IMG/VR virus record: IMGVR_UViG_3300046007_002820
Location: 325-64,324 of that record
Origin: a virus
Taxonomy: Duplodnaviria; Caudoviricetes
DNA: 64,000 nucleotides
Reading direction: 5' to 3' (one strand)
The notes beneath the pieces were generated by a model. That model worked only from the letters and a program-made list of their open reading frames with translations. It ran no database searches and had not been told where the DNA came from. Below are positions 52,348 through 62,850 of this stretch, one piece after another. Position 1 is the stretch's first letter; each line of letters opens with the position of its first letter. The position numbers and the translations under genes were made by a program.

Positions 52348-54783
52348 CTAGATTGAAGAAATGACGCGGATATTGTCGACTGCTGGCGAAAGATAAGCAT
52401 CGTTCGCAAGGAATACAATCTTGACAGCGAAGGTTTTGAACGAAAGATATGCGACACCATTCTTTCCGAAGTATTTGACACTGTCGGTGATAGAATCTTT
52501 GAACGCAGCATTCTGCGGAGAGAGAGTCGAATAGACAGCAGCTGTCGAAGTGAACCCGCAGTTCGAAACCAAAGTCAGTGTAGTATTGCTTGTGACAGCA
52601 TTTACCTTATGAACCTGGGAAGTTCCGCCAGAAGTTAAAAGGATGATATCACCGTTGCTGATGTTTGACTGGAAGGTCGTTCCTACACCAGTTACCGAAG
52701 TCGTAGTCGTAGATACTGACATTGATCCCGAACGTAGCGTAGCTCTTGGAGAAGAAGGAACGATATATTCCATTTCAATGAAATCGTTCTTATTCACTGC
52801 ATCAGAGAATCCGTTGTTCGCGATATTCTGCATACGAGTCCAGTCTTTGGAATCGAATGATTCTTGATCGGTAGAATTGAGCAATTTCACATAGACGTCT
52901 AGCTCAGTCCCTGGCGGACGATATCCGGTGAGAAGAACTTTGATATCTTCAGCGTCGTTACCGTCTTTTAGAATTACCGTCTTAGATACGTAACGCGAGA
53001 ACGCGCTACCCGACTTCGTATGCTCATTCTGATTATTTGCATTGATACGATTCGCGTATACCATCACAGTCGGAATAGATAGATCTACGACTGGTGACAA
53101 TGTATTTGCTGCAGACGCAAACTGAACATTCATGGTGAATGACTTTCCACCAGCGTAATACAGAATTTCGTTTGATTTCGATGCAACGATAGCATCGCGG
53201 CGATCAATCAGATTCGTCGCAATTGCATATTCTTCTTGAGCAGGAGCAGCATAATCATTACCGATTACTGTTCCAAACAACTTGAAACTTGTATCGGCGA
53301 CAGCCGTAGTTGAGAGTAGAGGCTGGAACAGATTTACGTCTTTATTGATAACAGCTACTACGTTGGCGTAGGCTCCACTATCGGCTCCGATTACGTTACG
53401 TCCAGTTCCGAATAGGAATGACGTATTAGTCGCTGTGGAATCAATGATCGAAAGCTCGGATTTATTTGAATTGAATGTATCGACCTTTCCAATTGGAGTC
53501 TTCCAAGTCAGTGCCGAAGTATTCGAGAAAGATGGCTTCTTTCTGAGCGTCATGAAAGTGCTGTTCGTGACCGATTGAATACGAATAATGTCGATATCAG
53601 TATTTGAGTTCACGAGGGTGATATAAGCATTGGCGCTGAAATCACTGGTAAAGTTAGTCCCAGATCCTGTGATTTCATAAGAAGATGTGTTGGTCGAAAC
53701 AGTTCCCGACAGAGCAGAGACTGGTTCTTGAGTTACGAATTCACCAGTCAGGAACGTTCCTGAAGTATTCGCAATCGTGAAGAATTCGTAGTCTTTATTG
53801 ACAATACGCCCAAACCCAGATGATGCGTTGAAGGCTGCGTAGTTGAGTTTGAATTTAGGATACTCATCAGTAATCGGCGTCCAATCATTACCGTTCGTCG
53901 GTAGATAGAGCTTCCCTTCCCATTCCTTTGAAATAGTCGAGTTCGTAGTTGCATCGGTTTCACCAACTCGGCCAGTCTTGATAGAATAGTTGCTTCCGCC
54001 ACCATCGGGAATGGGCGAGATCGCATACTCTTTACCAGAGGCTAGGAATACAATTCCAGGGAATGTTACTGTCGTCGGGCCGGATGTGCTGATATCATCA
54101 GGAATGAGACGTACTCTGGAGAGTGGTAGATTCGTAGTCTTAGGAATACCGTTCTCGACTTCACGAATTTCCACAACACAGCCGAAGGTTGTATCTTTAG
54201 TTGCGAAATACAGGTCTACAGAAGATACGTAAATACCTTCTTTGTTTCGAGCAATTGCCGAATTGATCAGGAAAGTCCACGACAGTGGATTTCTGAATCC
54301 ACCAGCGATTTGAGATTTATTCGCGAGTTGACGATCTTTCTTTGTACCTTCAACCTGAACAAGTCGAGTGTTATAGAAGTCTTCGGATGTCTGCGGGTAA
54401 TTGAAGCTGTTGTAAGTGACTTCGGCTCTAGTCGTATAAGAATCGTTAGTCGCATCTTTAACGACTAGAATTCCCGAGCCTACCAGAAAGGTTTTAGCAG
54501 GAACATAGAACGCAAATACTGCATCACCGGATGAAGAAGAAACAAGTTGATCACCGATATTTCCCGTAGTTCTCCAAGAACCTTCTTGGTCTAGAGTCGA
54601 ATTTTCATCTAATTCTAGCTGGCGGCAATGAGCCGATACGTTCACGTCGTTGAAGAATACGTATAAATTCGCGTTCGGGCGCAGTCCTGAGACCTTCACC
54701 AAAAGACGGCGAGGTTTCATATAAGGACGCAAATTTGTAGGAGTTGTAAATCCTCCAGCCAGTAGTGCTTCAGTCGCTTGCAA
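52348..54783 (-). CDS. large baseplate/tail structural protein (DUF4815/VrlC-like C-terminal part)
   Basis: PYM.PR.L...GLRPN...FFND.NV; PLSWTF...IYVSSVDLYF; SRYVSKTVIL.DG.DAEDI.V.L..YRP.GT; F.TFAVKIV; GGAG SD plus TTG. Confidence 0.8.
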   Translation of the reverse strand: MQATEALLAGGFTTPTNLRPYMKPRRLLVKVSGLRPNANLYVFFNDVNVSAHCRQLELDENSTLDQEGSWRTTGNIGDQLVSSSSGDAVFAFYVPAKTFLVGSGILVVKDATNDSYTTRAEVTYNSFNYPQTSEDFYNTRLVQVEGTKKDRQLANKSQIAGGFRNPLSWTFLINSAIARNKEGIYVSSVDLYFATKDTTFGCVVEIREVENGIPKTTNLPLSRVRLIPDDISTSGPTTVTFPGIVFLASGKEYAISPIPDGGGSNYSIKTGRVGETDATTNSTISKEWEGKLYLPTNGNDWTPITDEYPKFKLNYAAFNASSGFGRIVNKDYEFFTIANTSGTFLTGEFVTQEPVSALSGTVSTNTSSYEITGSGTNFTSDFSANAYITLVNSNTDIDIIRIQSVTNSTFMTLRKKPSFSNTSALTWKTPIGKVDTFNSNKSELSIIDSTATNTSFLFGTGRNVIGADSGAYANVVAVINKDVNLFQPLLSTTAVADTSFKLFGTVIGNDYAAPAQEEYAIATNLIDRRDAIVASKSNEILYYAGGKSFTMNVQFASAANTLSPVVDLSIPTVMVYANRINANNQNEHTKSGSAFSRYVSKTVILKDGNDAEDIKVLLTGYRPPGTELDVYVKLLNSTDQESFDSKDWTRMQNIANNGFSDAVNKNDFIEMEYIVPSSPRATLRSGSMSVSTTTTSVTGVGTTFQSNISNGDIILLTSGGTSQVHKVNAVTSNTTLTLVSNCGFTSTAAVYSTLSPQNAAFKDSITDSVKYFGKNGVAYLSFKTFAVKIVFLANDAYLSPAVDNIRVISSI

Positions 54784-54813
54784 CGCTCTTAGTCTCCTGC
54801 ATTCACGTTATAT

Positions 54814-57800
54814 TTAAGCAGTAAATGGTAGAGCATCAACCAGCGGATATTCTCTGTAAAGATCAGGCCTCGGATAGAAAGTTCCACCAGCGATCAGCAA
54901 TTCGATAGTCGTCGTGAATCCAGCACGTCTTGCAATTTCTTCGACAGTGAACTTCTGAGTGTTATCTTCATTCGTATAGTAGTCGACATATCCCTGCGCA
55001 TTCCAATGTGTGGAATAGTATGGTCCGGTATATTGTCTGACTGGTGGAACGGTCTCGTCATAGACTGGATCATATGGCGGCCAAATTTCTGGAGTCGGCG
55101 GCATTTCATCCCACGATGGTCCACCGAGACTTCTGGTTCTCGAACTCTTCTTTTGCTCGAATAGAGTTTCATCGGTATAAGACAACGACAGAATTTGCCC
55201 AGACGAATAGGTATTCGATCCTGAATCGTATTCTAACTCAATCGCATGAGAATCCAGAGCTGGTCGAACCAACGAATTCTTAGTATCCAGAATGGCAGTG
55301 AACTCGAAGTCTGAGATATTGGCGATATTTGAATCGTCGAAACCATCGACGAAAATACCGTTCTTGAATCGCTCTAGACCAGAAGCGTCTTTGATTGTGA
55401 GTTCAGTCGATTTCTTTTCTAGTAAACTCAGTGACGCGTAGTATTCCAGATTCTCAACACGCTTCGCAACTTCACGAAGATCTTTCATTGTGAATCGTGG
55501 AACCTGATTATCACGCGTCGAAACCATCATCGCTTCGCGATTGTAATCAGCAGCTTCGATCTGAGATAGAGATGGATACGGTTTGACGTATACGGTCGCT
55601 ATCGTCATTGCACCATTGATATCTAAAGGCGGCGACGGATTGCTGGTCGGAGCACCTTCAATGACTTGGAAATTACCAGTCGTATCCAGAATGAGTTTGT
55701 CGATTCTAGGATAGTAAAATTCCAGAGCAGTATCGAACGTCTCGTTCGGAGATGCAACATAGTTCTGAGAGGCTGACGAGATCGAGGCTGTATTGACCGG
55801 ATTGATCGTCGCAGCACCTTCGGTAGTCGCATAGATCGCAGTGTTCGAAACCAGCGGTCTGAAATCGACACAATCGCGAAGATTGTATTTGCCACCATTG
55901 ATATCCGAGAAGAAGTACGGAATTTCCTGAGTCGTGACAGCGGTCGTATTGGCAGTATTCGCATCGTCGATCGGATAGGAATCAATCGAGAAGAATCCTG
56001 TCCCGCCATTTGCAACAAATACGTCGCATTTGATTAACAGCTTATCGGTATTCGCCAGAGACAGAGAAGTTCCAGGAATTCTAGAGATAGATGCCAGATT
56101 ATAGAATCCGTCGCGCTGACCATCATCTAGAACGAACTCGTCGGCCTTATCAAGTCCAGCAGATTCCGTATACGCATTCGAGACATATACAGACTTGATG
56201 TTGAATACATCGGGCAGACCTAATGACCATGGTCCAACAGTATTACCAGCGTTGTTTGAACAGTCAACTTTCACATAGACGTTTTCGATTACAGTCTTTC
56301 CGCGCTGCAGAGCTTGGAAATCTCGAACATCGTAAGTGATCGCCAGATCTAGGTTCGCTGAAAGCGTCTCGATTTGACCGTTAGAAGAATTGAGAGTCAG
56401 CGACAGGGTTGTCGAGTTTGATGCGACAATAGAAGAATTTCTGTTATTGAATGGAATCGGAACGTTCGCAGGATATCGTTTCGCGTGAGACTGCGCAGAA
56501 ACAGTCGACATGATGTTTGGTTCGACTTCCATCCAAGTATTGTTAGAAATACCAACGATACGAACTGGAGTTGCGACGGTGTTGATAGCGATATAATCGC
56601 CGATTTGATATTCGCTCACGAATGCGGTAGAAGTACCGTTGATGAAAGCAGTGTTAGAGTTCGCCGTCGCGACGCTTCCGCTTTTCGTAAGTGTGACGTT
56701 CGCGGAAGTCGATGGAACAGCTAGAATCTTGAGTTCTTGTGTCTCATTCAGAGTTCCGATACCGTATGGAAACTCCTGAGTTCCAGAAAGCGTAATCGCG
56801 CCAGTTGTTCCGGTATTCGCAATGCTATGAGCGGTCGTAGTCGTTCTGAATACAAACGAGGTATCGTTATTCGCTCCGTCGCGAAGCGTCTTGATTGCTC
56901 CTTGACCGAACGGATATACTAGAGTCGCGAAATTGGATTCTTTAAGAACTGCTTTACCAGACTCTAAGACTAGGTCGCCGAGGCCTGTTGATACTCTAGC
57001 GCATTTGACATCCTGGAAATTCTTTCCAGAACTCATGACAATATCAGTCAGATAGAGCTTATACTGTGTAGAATCAACGCCAGGAACTCCAGAATGTAGA
57101 GCTACCGAAAGTAGTTTCGCAGTTCCAATTTCTGATCCTGGAGCAGTCAGTACAAATGATCCGCCTGAACTGATTCTAGTTCCAGCAGTATCACGAAGAG
57201 ATACAGTAGATACTTTGTTCGGCTCGAAATATCCAACAACTTCGTTGATTAGAACGTAGTTGCCGTAGTTGGCTACGATTTGTTGACTGTTGATGATGCT
57301 CGTATTGGTTGCTTTACGAACTGGTGTGCTCAGATTGTTGAGCTTCTGGACTCGGTAACCATTGACATACGCAAGACCTTGAGTCGTATTCAGATTGAGG
57401 TGAGTTGTATTACCAGCGACCGCAGAGGTCGTGACGATGAATGGAGAAACAACGTAGTCGCCAGACTCTTCAGCTGTTCGACGAGCGAACTCTTGACCGA
57501 GCGTGGAATAGACGCTGTTCCTGTTTTCGCGAACAACTTCGCCATTTTTCCATTCTGCGAGAATGACGAAGTTGTTGTCCGGAACGCTGTTCGCAGTATA
57601 GACTTCTAGTTTGGCTTCGAGCTTAATTCTATGAGCACCAGGAGCTTTCTCATTCGAGAAGCCTTTACTGTTATCGTAGAGGGACGTATCAGAAAACTCA
57701 GTGACAATCGTTTCTTTGGTCGTTAGACCCACGACGACATTGTTCGGCGAGTTGTTATATTTTGAAACGACTACGGAAATATCATCAGGAACGCGAATGA

Positions 57801-58389
57801 AGAATCCGTTCTGATAGACGATACCGTCGCCGATAGAAAAGCCATATCCGGTTCCGATGGGATTGACTGCGACGGCATCTAGCGTCGTTGGAAGAACCTT
57901 TACGGTATAATCAGCCTGAAGCACTCCTGCTGCAGTATAAAAGGTGATCTCATCATCGGCAGCAAACGTCTTTTTCTGGCTCGTACCAGTGTTCATGTAT
58001 TTGACGTAAATGGTTTTGGTATCAGGATTCTGAGTCTCGAAACCATCCTTGTAATCTACAACGACTCCGAACAGTCCGGAAACTTCATCCTTGACTGTGA
58101 GTCCGACTAGATCAGAAAGCGTATTCTTGTCTAGATTTACTCGAAGATCGCGAAGCTTGACGTAGTCGTAGGCAGTATCATACTTGAATGCGCAACCTTT
58201 GATTACCGATCCGCTTAGATATACTGAGTCGCCGAATCTCTCAATTTGGTTCTGTAGAATAGTCTGGAGTTGTGTGAGTTCGCGCGCCTGAATTGCTTGT
58301 TCTGGCACGAATAGAACTCGGTGAAAGTTCTTGCTTTCATCGAAATCGTCAAAATAAGGAGAAACATTCAGATCAGTTTTGAGGGACAT
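54814..58389 (-). CDS. large baseplate/tail structural protein (DUF4815/VrlC-like N-terminal part)
   Basis: LNVSPYFDDFDE.KNFHRVLF.P..AIQARELTQLQTILQNQIERFG; ARRT.EESGDY; LRDC.DFRP; RFTMKD...RVENLEYY.SLS; RFKNGIFVD.F. Confidence 0.88.
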   Translation of the reverse strand: MSLKTDLNVSPYFDDFDESKNFHRVLFVPEQAIQARELTQLQTILQNQIERFGDSVYLSGSVIKGCAFKYDTAYDYVKLRDLRVNLDKNTLSDLVGLTVKDEVSGLFGVVVDYKDGFETQNPDTKTIYVKYMNTGTSQKKTFAADDEITFYTAAGVLQADYTVKVLPTTLDAVAVNPIGTGYGFSIGDGIVYQNGFFIRVPDDISVVVSKYNNSPNNVVVGLTTKETIVTEFSDTSLYDNSKGFSNEKAPGAHRIKLEAKLEVYTANSVPDNNFVILAEWKNGEVVRENRNSVYSTLGQEFARRTAEESGDYVVSPFIVTTSAVAGNTTHLNLNTTQGLAYVNGYRVQKLNNLSTPVRKATNTSIINSQQIVANYGNYVLINEVVGYFEPNKVSTVSLRDTAGTRISSGGSFVLTAPGSEIGTAKLLSVALHSGVPGVDSTQYKLYLTDIVMSSGKNFQDVKCARVSTGLGDLVLESGKAVLKESNFATLVYPFGQGAIKTLRDGANNDTSFVFRTTTTAHSIANTGTTGAITLSGTQEFPYGIGTLNETQELKILAVPSTSANVTLTKSGSVATANSNTAFINGTSTAFVSEYQIGDYIAINTVATPVRIVGISNNTWMEVEPNIMSTVSAQSHAKRYPANVPIPFNNRNSSIVASNSTTLSLTLNSSNGQIETLSANLDLAITYDVRDFQALQRGKTVIENVYVKVDCSNNAGNTVGPWSLGLPDVFNIKSVYVSNAYTESAGLDKADEFVLDDGQRDGFYNLASISRIPGTSLSLANTDKLLIKCDVFVANGGTGFFSIDSYPIDDANTANTTAVTTQEIPYFFSDINGGKYNLRDCVDFRPLVSNTAIYATTEGAATINPVNTASISSASQNYVASPNETFDTALEFYYPRIDKLILDTTGNFQVIEGAPTSNPSPPLDINGAMTIATVYVKPYPSLSQIEAADYNREAMMVSTRDNQVPRFTMKDLREVAKRVENLEYYASLSLLEKKSTELTIKDASGLERFKNGIFVDGFDDSNIANISDFEFTAILDTKNSLVRPALDSHAIELEYDSGSNTYSSGQILSLSYTDETLFEQKKSSRTRSLGGPSWDEMPPTPEIWPPYDPVYDETVPPVRQYTGPYYSTHWNAQGYVDYYTNEDNTQKFTVEEIARRAGFTTTIELLIAGGTFYPRPDLYREYPLVDALPFTA

Positions 58390-58397
58390 TTACTTTC

Positions 58398-60695
58398 CTA
58401 ATAGAATTGAAGAACTAATCTAATCTTTTCGCTCTGAGAACTATCCTTGACTACTGGTAGAATATTCTCAACATATAACAGTTTACCGCTATATCTTTGA
58501 ATATGAGGATATTCTACAGCATTCACGATAATCTTTTTCGCTCCATTAGTACTCTGAATATATTTAGACCCAGAATTAGAAGTAATCTCGAAATTGCCTT
58601 TGACATTGGTCAAATAGACGGATTGAGTATTTCCGCTTGCAGAGATGGTATGAATGATACCCGAGGCGATTACGTTGTTTGCAGCGTCGTATTGGAACAC
58701 AGTATTTGGTGATGCGAACGCAGTTGAGCCTACATCGTATTCTCCAGTAATCAGCGTTCTATTATCGAATGAATCCTCTTGACCCGTAATACTCACGATA
58801 TTTGCGCCGACTGAAGACGATAGTCCCTCGATTTGTGTATTGGTTGTGAATACACCAGTAACTTCGTTTAGGACTAAATGAGTTGAATTTGATGTATTCG
58901 CCATAACACCAGTCACGAACAATGATGTATTCGACGAAATACTTTCTTGAACACTGTTCGTGAAGTATTTGTCGAAATACACAATAGAACTATTCGACAG
59001 CGTTGGCGCAGAGATATCTATAGAAGTCGCATTTATTGTATAATTGGAATTACTGACTTGAGTATTACCAACGAATACGTTGTATTTGTCGGTCGCGAGC
59101 GCATATGCGAACATCGTGTTAGAACCGTCGCGACCATAGATGGTTCCGTTAGAATATCCTTGAGTGATAGACGAGATGAATCCGTTCACAGATGAGTTAC
59201 CAGATACTTCAATCGAGGTCGAATTGACCCAGACGCCAGCGTCAGTTCTGATCAGAATAGAGTTCGTTGCAAGTTTATCGATGACGACGCCAGAAACTGA
59301 ACCGTTGCTCGATTGAACAAGAACCTGATCATTCGCGAAAGACACTGGTCCAGAGAACTGTAGAACTTTGTATTTTCCAATGTCGTAAGTCAATGAATAT
59401 TGATATTCGTCACTGTTGGTTACCGTTAGTGTAAATGTATCTTTCACAGCTTGCGAAATCTTTTCACCAACAATGAATGAGCCCGAGGCGTTCGCGAATT
59501 CAATGATCACGTTGCTGTATTTTGGCTGGGCCAACAGCCCGAGTCGACGATATGATTCTGTATCTGGAACAAATGCGTCAGAATTGTCGAACTCTATAGA
59601 AATGCCGATCTTGTTCCCAAACAGTTCCGAAAGAATGTCCGAAGCATGCCCACCTTTTGGAGAAATGAGTGCAGTCGCATTTGCGCTATTTGCAACGACG
59701 ATCGTCCCAGTGTTACCTACTACTCGTACCGTCGCATTAGTATATCCGGAACCTTCATTGATCATTGTGATAGAATCTACAGAGAGAGTGCTCGTATTGA
59801 CCTTTGCGATCGCGGTCGCTCCAGTTCCATCACCCTCGAAAATGACGCGCGGTGTGATCTCCCAAGTCGATGACAAATCGGGGATTGTATTGAATGCAGA
59901 GTTTACGGCGACGAGCTTACTGTTGCCGGAAATAGTGTATCCCGAGATGGTTTTCAACTCGCCAGCGCCAGGTCCCGATCTGATATAAATGGTCGAGTCG
60001 GTATAGAAGTTCGTGTTCGTCGAGAGGTTGTTCGCTGAAATAGCGAAGACGCGCGTATTACCCGAAACAGCGATTTGGTCGAAAACCCCATTGGCGAATG
60101 ACAAATACGTCGCCCCGCCTGAATTGACTTCCACAGCAGAAATGATACCAGACGAAGGAACTACGTTACTGTTCGCAAAGACTGGAATATGTGTGCTAGT
60201 TGTGAATTTGGTCCACGAAGTCTCGTCGATTGAATACATGTATTTCCACTGATAACCATCCGATGTGAAATACTGAGTATCGTTGTAAGTGGTTTCAGAG
60301 AATTTCGGCGGGAATGTAGAAGCGATTCCGCCCGCATTGTTCAGACATTTGAAAACATGGTAGATGCCAAGTTCAGGATGCACAACAAAGAAGTCTTTGG
60401 ATTCTAGATTTGCATCTTCGGGATTATACGGATCGTATACGGTGTTATAAGTCCAGTCATTTCTATTGATCATGTACGCGGTATCACCCGAAACGATTTT
60501 CTTACCGAAGATCATTTCATCGTAAAAGCCGTATGACAGAAATTGAGGTGTAGCCGAAAGACTCGGAATTACTAAATCATCGTCCCATGCGGTATGTTTC
60601 GCTGCGACTACGTAATGAGGCGTCGTTTGAATTCCAGCCAGTGGCGTGAAATAATCGGTCGCATCTTTAGAATTGAAAACCGTTGTATTTGCCAT
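58398..60695 (-). CDS. gp8: baseplate wedge protein (gp8-like, extended)
   Basis: MIFGKKI...R.DW...YD.Y...VFKCLNN...SDGYQWKYMYSI; SPKGGH; YSGK.LYVEN..PV...Q.EKIRLVL.F. Confidence 0.8.
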   Translation of the reverse strand: MANTTVFNSKDATDYFTPLAGIQTTPHYVVAAKHTAWDDDLVIPSLSATPQFLSYGFYDEMIFGKKIVSGDTAYMINRNDWTYNTVYDPYNPEDANLESKDFFVVHPELGIYHVFKCLNNAGGIASTFPPKFSETTYNDTQYFTSDGYQWKYMYSIDETSWTKFTTSTHIPVFANSNVVPSSGIISAVEVNSGGATYLSFANGVFDQIAVSGNTRVFAISANNLSTNTNFYTDSTIYIRSGPGAGELKTISGYTISGNSKLVAVNSAFNTIPDLSSTWEITPRVIFEGDGTGATAIAKVNTSTLSVDSITMINEGSGYTNATVRVVGNTGTIVVANSANATALISPKGGHASDILSELFGNKIGISIEFDNSDAFVPDTESYRRLGLLAQPKYSNVIIEFANASGSFIVGEKISQAVKDTFTLTVTNSDEYQYSLTYDIGKYKVLQFSGPVSFANDQVLVQSSNGSVSGVVIDKLATNSILIRTDAGVWVNSTSIEVSGNSSVNGFISSITQGYSNGTIYGRDGSNTMFAYALATDKYNVFVGNTQVSNSNYTINATSIDISAPTLSNSSIVYFDKYFTNSVQESISSNTSLFVTGVMANTSNSTHLVLNEVTGVFTTNTQIEGLSSSVGANIVSITGQEDSFDNRTLITGEYDVGSTAFASPNTVFQYDAANNVIASGIIHTISASGNTQSVYLTNVKGNFEITSNSGSKYIQSTNGAKKIIVNAVEYPHIQRYSGKLLYVENILPVVKDSSQSEKIRLVLQFY

Positions 60696-60705
60696 TATTT
60701 CGTTT

Positions 60706-62850
60706 TTACATCCAACCGATTAAGTATGTGAACTGCGTTGCCTCATCATTATTTAACACCAGCATGGCATCGCCGCCAGCGCCAATGACTATTTCTATAT
60801 CCGACGAGCCAATCAATCTAGTAATCTCAGTCGAGTTCTTGACAACACTACCGAACATCTTCGTACCAGAAATATGCATCAACTTTTTCAGAGCATCCGC
60901 ATACTTATCTATGCTGAATTTTGTCTGAATTTCGTAGCTATATTCTTGATAGTAATCGTTGTCGTGAATGTATTTGTTAGAATTCAATTTTGAGTTATTG
61001 TATTCCCAATGACCATTAGCCTTACCTTGACGAATAAGATTTCCGGTTCCAGTAAATGTGACTTCGGTATTAGTCTTAGATGTGAAGGTAAGAGTCTCAT
61101 TTTGAACATACCCGAATCCAGAATCCAGAATCTCAGCTTCGGCGACAACTCCAGAAAGCGAAGTCGCATTCGCCGTCACGATTGCATTGTTACCCATCGT
61201 ATAGAGGGTATTGTTTACAACAGATACAATGTTACCAATACCCGAAATTTCACCGTTCGAGAAATACGAAACGAGTTGCTGGTTGTTGGCCATGGTATCT
61301 GCGAACAACACTCGAATGAGTTCTAGATGAGTTGCATTCGCGCTTCGGACAACAGCCTTCGCTCCAGAAGCAGCCGTCGCATTTTGACCATCGATGAAAG
61401 TCCCCGAAACGTTCGCAATCCCAACAGTCCAGTCATATTTACCGGCTCCAGAGATGTTCGGATTGTCGATGGAAATCATTGGCGGCGTATCGTAGTTTTG
61501 TCCAGGAAATACGCGAATAGAAAGAATAGATCCAATGTACTGAGAGTTGGCGAGTTCGGTGTTGGAAATTTCGCGGATCGTGAAATTCGCGTTGCTGCCG
61601 AGACTTACGCGAGTAGATACCGAAATGACGTTCGACGTTGTTCCGCGAAGATTAGTTCCGCGAATGAACGTTCCGTTAACATTTTTTAATCCAATCGCGT
61701 TCGCGTTGACTGCCATAACGATGGCGTTCGCTGTATTCGAGACTGCGCCGCTCACTAAGACGTTCGATATTGCATTAGAACTCACGACGATTTTATCAGC
61801 AGTGCTTAGATTTCCACTATCGACAGCGATAGAAATATTCGTCGAGTTCGTCGCATAGACTATCGCATTACCGAGAAGCGTATTTGCAATATCGTAAACT
61901 TCTACGATTGCCGTATTTGGAATTGAGTTGTTACTAGTAGAAAACGAGAACACATTCTGAACAATCGTCTCGCCGACTGTATAGTTGTTGCCGTTAATCG
62001 TATTACCGTGGAATACTACAGTGTTTGAAACAGTTACGACAGTGCTGTTTGAATTGTAGCCTGATCCGCCGTTCATTAACACGAAATCAACTTGGCCGTT
62101 ACCGTCTACCGTCGACGCGATCCTGAGCGTGCCGTACTTGCCTGAAGAACCTGATATATCAAATAGATCACCATTGCTGATACCAAAACCACCGTCAACA
62201 ATGCTAATTGAAGAAAGACTTCCCAGTACTTTCGGAGCGTCGACAAGACTGTTGTCTTTGGTAATATATTCTTCAACACTGAAATTGCCTCTTAAATCGG
62301 ATAGAAAAATTACATCGATGAGTCGCCCATTAACATTCTTTCTCACAACCGATTCTACAATCGCCGTAGCTCCAGACGTCGCTCCAGTAATCTCTTGCCC
62401 AACAAGGGCTCTGTTTCTGTCGTCTGCAGACACCTCTAGGTATTGCGGAATATGCCATTTACCCGAAGACGCTTTGATTACGTCTTTACCGGGTTTGTAG
62501 ATTTCAGCTTCTTGGCCATACAGTAATTCAAAGAACAGCTTGACACCTTCAGAAGTTCCTTTGCTTCTGTAGAGGTCTTGAATATTCTTGATTTGAAATG
62601 CTTGTTGAGTTTTACTGGTTTGTGGTAAGTGTTCTAGATACGCCGACTTGTAATATTGAACAAACGTATTGACCGACGAATCAATGTCTAAATCGCTCAG
62701 CAGCGTTCTTGAATACCCGAGAATATTGTTGCTCTGTTCTAACCACTCATAGTAAGTCTTGACGAACTTGACAAAGTTTGGACCTTCTGAATGGTAGTAC
62801 TCTGGAAATTGCTGAACGACTACCGAACTGATTGGGCGTTCTATAGTCAT
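60706..62850 (-). CDS. gp7: baseplate wedge protein (gp7-like)
   Basis: QFPEYY...FV.F.K.YYEWLE...IKNI.DLYRSKGT.EG.KLFF.LLYG; C-terminal IHDNDYYQEYSYEI...LMH.SGTKMFG. Confidence 0.78.
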   Translation of the reverse strand: MTIERPISSVVVQQFPEYYHSEGPNFVKFVKTYYEWLEQSNNILGYSRTLLSDLDIDSSVNTFVQYYKSAYLEHLPQTSKTQQAFQIKNIQDLYRSKGTSEGVKLFFELLYGQEAEIYKPGKDVIKASSGKWHIPQYLEVSADDRNRALVGQEITGATSGATAIVESVVRKNVNGRLIDVIFLSDLRGNFSVEEYITKDNSLVDAPKVLGSLSSISIVDGGFGISNGDLFDISGSSGKYGTLRIASTVDGNGQVDFVLMNGGSGYNSNSTVVTVSNTVVFHGNTINGNNYTVGETIVQNVFSFSTSNNSIPNTAIVEVYDIANTLLGNAIVYATNSTNISIAVDSGNLSTADKIVVSSNAISNVLVSGAVSNTANAIVMAVNANAIGLKNVNGTFIRGTNLRGTTSNVISVSTRVSLGSNANFTIREISNTELANSQYIGSILSIRVFPGQNYDTPPMISIDNPNISGAGKYDWTVGIANVSGTFIDGQNATAASGAKAVVRSANATHLELIRVLFADTMANNQQLVSYFSNGEISGIGNIVSVVNNTLYTMGNNAIVTANATSLSGVVAEAEILDSGFGYVQNETLTFTSKTNTEVTFTGTGNLIRQGKANGHWEYNNSKLNSNKYIHDNDYYQEYSYEIQTKFSIDKYADALKKLMHISGTKMFGSVVKNSTEITRLIGSSDIEIVIGAGGDAMLVLNNDEATQFTYLIGWM

